A stretch of 64,000 nucleotides of DNA from Chiloscyllium plagiosum (Eukaryota), in NCBI RefSeq assembly GCF_004010195.1, contig NC_057719.1, positions 78,324,898 through 78,388,897 on the forward strand. Reading direction: 5' to 3'. Below, piece by piece: positions 52,335 to 61,555 of the stretch (within the stretch, counting starts at the first letter, position 1; each line of letters starts with the position of its first letter). Below the pieces are notes generated by a model. The model ran no database searches. It saw only the letters and a program-made list of their open reading frames with translations, and was not told the DNA's origin. A program made the translations under genes and the position numbers.

Positions 52335-52976
52335 AAGGAGAAAGTGAGGACTGCAGATGCTGGAGATCAGAGCTGAAAATGTGTTGCTGGAAAAGTGCAG
52401 CAGGTCAGGCAGCATCCAAGGAGCAGGGGAATTGACGTTTCGGGCATGAGCCCTTCTTCAGGAATGAGGAAGGTGTGCCAAGCAGGCTAAGATAAAAGGT
52501 AGGGAGGAGGGATTGGCGGAGGGGCATTAGAAATGTGATAGGTGGAAGGAGGTAAAGGTGAGGGTGATAGGCCGGAGTGGGGGTAGGGGCGGAGAGGTCA
52601 GGAAGAAGATTGCAGGTTAGGAAGGTGGTGCTGAGTTCGAGGGTTGGGACTGAGACAAGGTGGGGGGGGGGGGGGGGAAATGAGGAAACTGGAGAAATCT
52701 GAGTTCATCCCTTGTGGTTGGAGGGTTCCTAGGCGGAAGATGAGGCGCTCTTCCTCCAGCCGTCGTGTTGCTATGGTTTGGCGATGGAGGAGTTCAAGGA
52801 CCTGCATGTCCTTGGTGGAATAGGAGGGGGAGTTGAAGTGTTGATCCACGGGGTGGTTGGGTTGGTTTGTCCGGGTGTCCCAGAGGTGTTCTCTGAAATG
52901 TTCCGCAAGTAGGCGGCCTGTCTCCCCTTGGATGCTGCCTGACCTGCTGTGCTTTTCCAGCAAGACATTTCAGTTC
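52335..52976 (-). mobile_element. Penelope-like element 3' part with GIY-YIG endonuclease C-terminus, hammerhead core and short inverted terminus
   Basis: GETGRLLAEHFREH...PVDQHF...E...LGTLQPQGMN; core at 52434-52461 (minus); TSD ATTCTTGACACT at 52323-52334 and 52977-52988. Confidence 0.92.
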
Positions 52977-53189
52977 ATTCTTGACACTGACACTGTCAAG
53001 AATGGTGCAATGAGTTGGGGCAACTTTCTCATTTTTAATGCTGCTAGAATTTTCACATGTTGAAATAACCAGCGAGTATGTCCTCAGGATTCCAATTCTG
53101 AAAGGGAGAAGGAATCTGAGGTTGTGTTCAAATTAAAGTCTTCAACTCTCTGTAAACAGGTCACCTTTGTCACTTAAGTGGTGATATAA

Positions 53190-53825
53190 TTAAAGAGTTG
53201 TAGAGCACTGAAACAGACCCTTCTGTCCAACTCCTCCATGCTGACCAAGTTTCCCAAATTAAACTTCCCCACTTGCCTGTAGTTGGCCAATGTCCATCTA
53301 ATCCGTCGCCACATATGTCTTTAAAATCTTGTACTATACCTGCCAACACAACTTCCTCTGGCAGTTCATTCTACATATGGACCATCCTCTGTGGAAGAAG
53401 TTGCCCCTTAGGTTCTTTTTTGTCTTAGCGTAAAAATGTGACCCCTAGATTTGAAAACCCCCAAACTCATGAAAAGATGTTTGTTATCCACCTATATCTA
53501 TGCTCCTCATGATTTGATGAACCTCTAAGTTCATTCTCAACCTCCCCACTCCATTGGGTGAGTGGGGTTGTGGAGTGGAGGGGTGGCAAAGTCCCAGCTT
53601 CTCTTTATAACTCAAACCTTCCATTTCTGGCAATGGCCTGGTAAATCTTTATTGAACCATCTCCAATTTAATAATATCCTTCCTATAGCTGAGTGACCAG
53701 AACTGTACATAGTACTCCAAAAGTTGCCTCACCAACGTCCTGTACAACCTCAGCATGATGCTTAGTTCCTATACTCTGTGGTCTGAGCAATTAAGGTAGG
53801 CATGCTAAATGCCAACTTAACAGTT
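53190..53825 (-). mobile_element. Older HER1-like CR1 3' portion
   Basis: GAAACAGACCCTTCTGTCCAAC tail and LYRTLVRQLLEYYVQFWS on the minus strand. Confidence 0.85.
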
Positions 53826-54945
53826 TGTAGATGACACAGTTGCTGATTGTTTAAAATTCAAAAATGAGCAACCATGCTGAATGACAAGGCAAAAATCCCC
53901 ATTCCCGAGTTTTAAAGATATGTAGTTTATTCTTGGTCACATATCATTGTGTTTTTATTTTTGTACTGTGTCGTTTCTTCACTTGAAACATGATTCACCG
54001 CTCAGCAATGTCCCTGTAACATAATGTCCCTGTAACACAATGTAATGATGTGTTGCTAGGGTACACATGATCTTCAACATGCCATAGTCACAAAAGACTG
54101 GAATGCAAATCAAGTATTTTATATTAAGGTGGATTATTTATTGCAATCTTTATTGCTGGCTGTAGTACAAAGTTCACACTGGTTCTGGCTTGCCTTTTTC
54201 TGGACTCTGCAGAGAATGCACATGCCACATTGGTTAACATACATACCTCTGGACAAAATGAAGGCTGTGATATGATCTTTGAGGTGGCATTAAAAATCAT
54301 CATCTTTGTGCTGAGCCAGTACCGATATGTTTATTGGCAACTCGACTATGTAATGTTTATTAAGAAATCAGCAAGTTATTATTTTTTGTTGGGGTACATT
54401 TGGAGAAATGTGGAGGTATAGTGTCCATGAGCACAGATGAGAGATGGTTAAGAGTGCACAGTCATACAAGATCTAAAACAATAATGTTTCAAAGAACAAT
54501 TTATGTAGAGGGTTGATGGAGGAGAACTGTTCTTTTGTGACAAGTTCCAGGTTTTGCAGTCTTTACAAATAAGCTATTTTGAATTGACTCTTCACTTAAA
54601 TTTTAAATATATTTGATGTTCGATTAGAGAGTGCATATCTTGTTCTAACTGCAAGGAAACCACACCTACTTCTACACAGCATATTGTAGAAGTGAACTGT
54701 CTTGCCTAGCTTGTTTGTAATTCAGAAATCTACTTAAAAATATCTTCTTCACCAGAGCAGTTTGGTTCTGTGCAATCCATACATAGTGAGAATTATCAAA
54801 CATTTGGAGTTTGGCTGTCCTGACAATTTCATCAGCCCCAAAGGTGTTTTTTTAAAATATATGCAACATCTAGTTATTTGCATATATTTGAGTTACCAGA
54901 AGGCTTTGACAGGCATGTTTGGGCTCATCAGGATGCCAGACCTGT

Positions 54946-55299
54946 GGGCAACATGGTGGCTCCATGGTTAGCACTGCTGCCTCTTAGCACCTGGGACCTG
55001 GGTTTGATCCCACCCTCTGGTGACTGTCTGTGTGAGGAGTTTGCACATTCTCCCCACGTCTGAAAGGGTTTCCATTGGGTGCTCCGGTTTCCTCCCACAG
55101 TCCAAAGATGTGTAGGTTAGGTGGATTGGCCGTTCTAAATTGCCCACAGTGTCCTGGGATGTCCATGTTCGGTGGATTAGCCATGAGAAGCGATTTACAG
55201 AAATAGGCTGGGGGGGTGGGTTTCGGTAGGATGCTCTTCAGAGGGGCAGTATGGACTTGAATGGTCTGCTTCCATACTGTAGGGGTTCTATGTTTCTAT
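54946..55299 (+). mobile_element. HE1-type SINE, diverged
   Basis: Head, V-domain and tail recognisable. Confidence 0.88.
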
Positions 55300-55944
55300 T
55301 CGAGATGCTGAATAAATTGTCCATCAGAGTTTTCAATATCCTGAGCAATTGCAGTTTACTCAATATGACAGGTTCTCTGAGAGGTCCTGACCTGCATTCA
55401 GTGTAGTCTAATCTATCACTGTGCAAGGTCTGTGTGCAACAGAAGCAACTTCTGGAAGTTGTGTCCTTGTGCCAACTGGTGTATGCAGATCTTCAGAACA
55501 GTTTAGAGAACATTGGTCCCGATGCATCTTTCAGGATATATCTCGTCTCCAACTATCTGGAGTTTTACACCACCTTCATGGCCAGTGGTCTATAAGTCAA
55601 GGAAAATACAAAGAAGGATTCAATGCAGAAGGAGGCTTTTCAGCTCATAATGTTCTTTCTTTTTTTTTGATGGCTATCCCATTAGTTCTACTCCTCTGCT
55701 CTTGCCTGGTGCCCTGCAAATTTCTCATTTCAAGTGCACAGCCTTTCAAAAGCTACTTTTATAAATATATGCAATTAATCCAATGTAATGGTTGGGGTAG
55801 AATTTGGATCAATAATAATGTCATAACCCTGTTAGAGATTGTCAATGTTTAGAGAAGAAATACCAACAACCTGTAATGAAGCAATAGATCATGCCATAAT
55901 ATTTCAGGTCTGTCAAAAAAAAGTAAATTAACACGAGCTCGTAA

Positions 55945-56390
55945 CAGGGAGTGGATATGCTGGAGGCAGGAAGAATGTTCCTGATGTTGGGAAACCACTG
56001 ATCATAGTCTAATAATAAAGGGTAAGCCATTTGAGGACTGAGATGAGGAAGAATTTCTTAACTGTGGAATTCTCTGTCACAGAAAGCTGTTCAGGCCTAT
56101 TTTGAAAATATATTCGAGAGAGAGGTGGGTGTGGCCTTTGTGGTTAAAGAGATAAAGGAGTATGGAGAGAAAGTGGGAGTGTAATCCTGCAATTGCACGA
56201 TCAACCATGTATTGAATGGTGTCTAGATTAGAGTGTTGCTGGGAAAGCACAGCAGGTTAGGCATCCTGCTCCTCCAGATGCTGCCTGACCTGCTGTGCTT
56301 TTCCAGCACCACTCTAATCTAGACTCTGGTTTCCAGCATTTGTACTCCTTGTTTTTACCATGTATTGAATGGTGGTGCAGGCTCAGGGCT
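55945..56390 (+). mobile_element. CR1 3' end interrupted by a Penelope-like insertion
   Basis: GGACTGAGATGAGGAAGAATTTC...ATTGAATGGTGGTGCAGGCTC. Confidence 0.85.
56222..56356. mobile_element. Penelope-like fold-back insertion with 18-bp TSD
   Basis: TSD ACCATGTATTGAATGGTG at 56204-56221 and 56357-56374. Confidence 0.88.
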
Positions 56391-57284
56391 GATTAGTAAT
56401 GAAGTAGGCCAATGTTCTGTTTCTATAAAGAATCATATTATAAACTCAAGTTTTGCTACCCATGTCTCCTGCCCCACCCCACCCCCCTCCATTCTCATTT
56501 GAAATCTTGAAGGCTCTTTCCCTTTTTCTTGGAACCTAAAGTTCCAGAATTGAGTTCTTTCCACCATTCCAACTATTGTCCAGGTGCAAGATTTTGTGAG
56601 GGACATTGTTAGCTTTTGACCAAGTGCCCCCTCCCAGTTTATCTACATCTCAATTCTAGATAACACAGCCCCAGAAGAGGCAACTACTGTGTAGTGAGTT
56701 AAATATCAATGAGCACTCTCTTAGCTCTATTAAACCCATTGCTTTGGTATCATCCAATATGCTGAGTACTTCCGGAAGTCCAAACACAACAAGGTCAACT
56801 GAATTTTGTAGAAGGATGCTCTTGCTTTTTATCTACCAGCTGAATAGATCCTCCCGCTTGGGTTTTCTCCTTTCCAAATTTATATACTGAATTCTGGGGC
56901 TCCGATGACCGGGCTGGCTGGATGACTGGGTTGTGATGCAACATAATGGGCTCAATTCTTGTACTGCCCCTGCCTTCTCATCCTCTCCATGCCTGAGGCA
57001 TAGTGTTCCTCAAGTTGAACTCATCATCTAATGAGAGTGAGCATCCTGTAATTCTCTTGGATTATAATGACTTTCTCTAGCTAGGTAACTGCTGTCTTAC
57101 TATCTCCCTTTCTAACTAACTGTTCACTGCTTAAGTCAACGTGAAGCAAAACCTAAATGTAACAAACTCCAAGTTTGTTTTATTTACATTCAAGCTCCAG
57201 TTGTTTATTTAGTTTCCCAACCAGATGCTACTTTTTAAAATTCATTTGGTGGGACATGGGTGTCACTGCCTGGCTAGCATTGAT

Positions 57285-57395
57285 AGGCAAAAGTGAGGAC
57301 TGCAGATGCTAGAGATTAGAGTCAGGATTAGAGTGGTGCTGGAAAAGCACAGCAGGTAAGACAGCATCCGAGGAGCAGGAAAATCGATGTCCGGG
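57285..57395 (-). mobile_element. Penelope-like family A terminus
   Basis: AAAGTGAGGACTGCAGATGCT...GAGCAGGAAAATCGATGT. Confidence 0.85.
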
Positions 57396-58012
57396 TTTCC
57401 TTGGGTTGGTGATGTCATTTCCTGTTCTTTTTCTCAGGGGGTGGTAAATGGGATTGTTGATAGAGTTCCGGTTGGAATGCCATGCTTCTAGGAATTCTTG
57501 CGCATGTCTCTGTTTGGCTTGTTCTAGGTTGGATGTGTTGTCCCAGGCAAAGTGGTGTCCTTCCTCGTCCGTATGTAAGGATACTTCTGAGAGTGGGTCA
57601 AGTCTTTTTGTGGCTAGGTGATGTTTATGTATCCTGGTGGCTAGTTTTCTGCCTCTATCCATAGTATCCCCATGTACAGATGAGCAAAGACATCACTTCG
57701 ACTGGGACAACACCTCCATCCTAGGACAAGCCAAACAGACACACTCAAGAATTCCTCAAAATGGCATTCCAACTGGAACACGATCAACAAACACATTGAC
57801 TTGGGTCCCATTTACCACCCCCTAAGAAAAAAAGAACAGGAAATGATGTCACCATTGGAAATGACATCACCAAACCAAGGCAACCCAAACACCAATGGAA
57901 AGCAGTCTACACCGCCAGTGCTTTATCCGGAGGATCACTAAAAATGTTACCTAGTATGGTGACAAAACGTCTGAAAATGAACCTTCCAGCTCAGCGAGCA
58001 AACCTACATCCA
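57395..58012. mobile_element. Second Penelope-like family (B): inverted pair of GIY-YIG C-terminal fragments
   Basis: Minus strand GRKLATRIHKH...HHFAWDNTS...EFLEAWHS; plus strand HHFDWDNTSILGQAK...INKHIDLGPIY; junction near 57660. Confidence 0.85.
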
Positions 58013-58240
58013 GCAGAATCATATGTAAAGTCAGTGAGTTTTGCAAGTACAGGCTGATTTGGGTACAGTATAATTTGTTTAAATACAGTTAGTAATTTGC
58101 CTGTTGTGAACAACTGAAGGGATATGCTGTTTGACATAATTGGCCAGTTTTGGAACATACAAGTTACATAACTGGCATCACACCAGCACTGAAATTCATA
58201 AAGTATGTTACACACTTCTGCGACACACAATATCACTTTT

Positions 58241-58440
58241 GGGAGAAAGTGAGGCCTGCAGACGCTGGAGATCAGTTGAAAATTGTGGCCCTGGAAAAGC
58301 ACAGCAGGTCAGGCAGCAGCGAGGAGCAGGAGAATCGTCGTTTCGGGAATTCCTGATGAAAGGCTTTTGCCTAAAATGTCGATTCTCCTGCTCCTCGGAT
58401 GCTGCCTGACTTGCTGTGCTTTTGCAGCACCCCTCTCTCG
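58241..58440. mobile_element. Penelope-like fold-back insertion
   Basis: Opposed termini; decayed core at 58353-58380; imperfect TSD ACAATATC..TTTTGG. Confidence 0.85.
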
Positions 58441-58807
58441 ACAATATCTTTTTGGCTTGATGGCTGTATCCTATTGATGGCAAACTTCATTCTAATGTAG
58501 CTACTGCATTGCAGCACTACGAAATAGCAAGCTTAAATTGTTCAACTTTTGAGATACCTTTTGGCCTTCCAAAGGAATCTGAGGTAGACCAGAGATCTGA
58601 ACATCCTTGACTGTTTCTACACAACCATCGAAGATGCCTACCGCGACATACTCCGTCCGCAGTTTAGAAAATCAGGTCACAATGCTGTGTTCGTCCTTTT
58701 GACTTGGAAATTGAAACTGAAACTGAAACTTGAGGATCCAGTGCAGAAAGTAGTAGTGCTGGTCTGAGGCAGCGGAGGAGCTTTGACAGGACTGCTTGAA
58801 ACAATAG

Positions 58808-58992
58808 CTGAAAATGTGTTGCTGGAAAAGCGCAGCAGGTCAGGCAGCACCCAAGGAACAGGAGATCAGGAAAGAAGGGCTCATGCCCGAAACGTCGATT
58901 CTCCTGTTCCCTGGATGCTGCCTGACCTGCTGCGCTTTTCCAGCAACACATTTTCAGCTCTGATCTCCAGCATCTGCAGCCCTCACTTTCTC
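58808..58992. mobile_element. Penelope-like fold-back insertion with 16-bp TSD
   Basis: TSD CTGCTTGAAACAATAG at 58792-58807 and 58993-59008. Confidence 0.92.
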
Positions 58993-60744
58993 CTGCTTGA
59001 AACAATAGACTGGTCCGTATTCAAAAACCCAGCAAAATAATTGTGCCACTAATGTTCCAGACTTCATTAGCAAGTGTGTAGAAGACTATGTGCCAAAGAA
59101 GTTAATCCAGATGTTCCCCAACCGGAAACCACAGATGAACTGGGAGATCCATTGCCCACTGATGTCCAGGTGTGAGGCGGCCAAGTAAGATGACCATAAC
59201 CTTTTACAGGAAATCCAGGTACAACCTCCATAAGACCATTAGAGATGCCTAGAGGTAATACCAGTCAAAGCGAGAGACCCAAACCGTTTGTGGTACAGCT
59301 TACATGGCGTAGCAGGCTACAAAGTGAAACGGAACAAAATAACAAAATCTATCCCTCCATGATGCACTCAATGCATCTTTCTCTTGTTTCGAACAGAAGG
59401 TCAGTGAAGCGGTGTCACCGGCTCTGACAGCCTCTGATCTGTTCCCTCAGTTACTGCGACATGTTAGATCAACCTTTTTGTGACTGGCTCATATGGAGTC
59501 AACAGCCATGCACTCAGGTTCTGTGCGGACTAACTGGTGGGAGCATTTGCTGATGTTTTTAACCCTCTTACTACAACTTAATGTCTCCATGTGCTTCAAA
59601 AGGACCACCATCATCCCGGTGCCAAAGAAAATTCGAGCAGATTGCCTCAATTGCTCCTGCCCAGTAGCGTGCTCTTCCACAATTTATGAAGTGCTTCAAG
59701 AGGTTAATCATGGCTCACTTCTACTCTAGCCTCCCAGCCTGCCTTGATCCCTTTCAGTTAGCCTACTGTTGCAACAGGTCCACTGAGACACCATCTCCTT
59801 GGCTCTACACTTATCCCTGGAGCGTCTGGTTATCAAGGATAGCTATATGAGGCTCCTACTTAAACTACAGCTGCACCTTCAACACTGATTCCAACCACAC
59901 TAATCTCCAAACTCTGGTAACTAGGTCTCTGCTTCACCCCCTGCAACTGGATCCTCTACTTCCTGGCCCAAAGACTACAATCGGTGAGAATAGACAACGT
60001 CACCACCTCCATACCTCAACACCCAGGGCTTCACAAAATTGCATACTCACCCACTTACTGTACTCCCTATATACTCATGACAGTGCATGGCCAAGTTTCA
60101 TCTTAGCTCCATCTACAAGTTTGGTGACAACACCAGTGTTGTCGGCCAGATTTCAAACAACAACAAGACAGAATATAGGAAAATGTGTACGCCTGGTGGC
60201 ATAGTGGAGTAAAAGTAACACACTCTCCCTCAATGTTAGCAAAATCAAAGACCTATTCATTTCAGGAAGCAAGGTGATGGGCATGCCCTGTCTATATCAA
60301 TGGTGCTGTGGTTGAGATAGTCAAGACTATCAGGTTCCTCGGAGTGATTGATCACCAACAATCTATCCTGGTCCACCTACATTGATCTTATGGTCAAGAA
60401 AGCACAACAACATCTCTATGTCCTCAGCCAGCTAATGAAATTCAGCATGTCCATAAAGGCACTTAGTGATTTTTATAAGTGTACCATAGAAAGTATTTTA
60501 TCCGGATTAATCGCTGCTTGGTATGGTAATTGCTCTGCCCAGGACCATAAGAAACTACAGAGTTGAGAACATAGCCCAGTCCGTCACACCAACCTTTCAT
60601 CCATTCACTCCATTTATACTTCTCACTGTCTTGGGAAGGCAACTAACATCATCATAGACCCCTCCAACCCTGGTTATCATCTCTTCCAACCTTTTACCGT
60701 CTGGTGGAAGATATGAAATCTTAAAAACTTTTCATAATTTAAAT

Positions 60745-61350
60745 CCATGATTTGGGATGTGAGCACAAGAGGTATAGTTAGTAAGTTAGCTGCCATCAAC
60801 GTTGGAGATATAATGTACAGCGAAGAAGGTTTCCTCAGATTACAAAGGGATCTTGATCAGATGGGCCAATGGGCTGACAGGTGGCAGATGGAGCTTAATT
60901 TAGATAAATGCAAGCTGCTGCATTTTGGGAAAGCAAATCTTAGCAGGACGTAATGGTACGGTTCTAGGGAGTATTGCTGAACAAAGAGACCTTGGAGTGC
61001 AGGTTCATAGCTCCTTGAAAGTAGAGTTGCAGGGAGATAGGTTAGTGAAGAAGGCATTCGGTATGCTTTCCTTCATCAGCGTATCGAGTACAGGAGTTGG
61101 GAGGTCATGTTGAAGCTGTACAGGACATTGATTAGGCCACTTTTGGAGTATTGTGTGCAATTCTGGTCTCCTTCCTATCAGAAGGATGTTGTGAAACTTA
61201 AAAGGGTTCAGAAAAAATTTTCAAGGATGTTGCCAGGGTTGGAGGATTTGAGCTAAAGAGAGAGGTTGAATAGGCTGGGGCTGTTTTCCCTGGAGTGTTG
61301 GTGGCTGAAGGGTGACCTTAGAGGTTTATAAAATCATGAGGGACATGGAC
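60745..61350 (+). mobile_element. HER1/CR1 RT C-terminal fragment nested in the Rex1-like copy
   Basis: LQRDLDQMGQWADRWQMELNLDKC and RDLGVQVH. Confidence 0.92.
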
Positions 61351-61555
61351 CTGTCAGATGTAAAATTTGATTTTGCTTTTTGTGTACTTGCTCTGCAACA
61401 GTTATGTTGAATTCTTCACTCGCTGTGTTCAATTATTCTAATGCAATTTGTATGGTGTTATCTGCCAGTACTGTATGTATGCAAAACAAAACTTTTCACT
61501 ATGCCTAGGTACATGTGACAATAATCAATCAAAATTAGACTTGGTGCTTTTCAGG

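Larger units (their letters stand above)
58585..61535 (+). mobile_element. Rex1/Babar-like LINE (endonuclease end, RT, tail), interrupted twice
   Basis: ILDCFYTTIEDAY, QDCLETIDW, CFKRTTIIPVPKK, KFGDNTSVVG and YKCTIESIL motifs; tail CTTTTCACTATGCCTAGGTACATGTGACAATAA. Confidence 0.88.

Noticed and set aside
55421..55852. 143-aa ORF
   Set aside because: GTG start and no recognisable motif.
58361..58372. Apparent compensatory A-T pair in hammerhead stem II
   Set aside because: The C-to-T change sits in a decayed CpG, so it is not reliable covariation.
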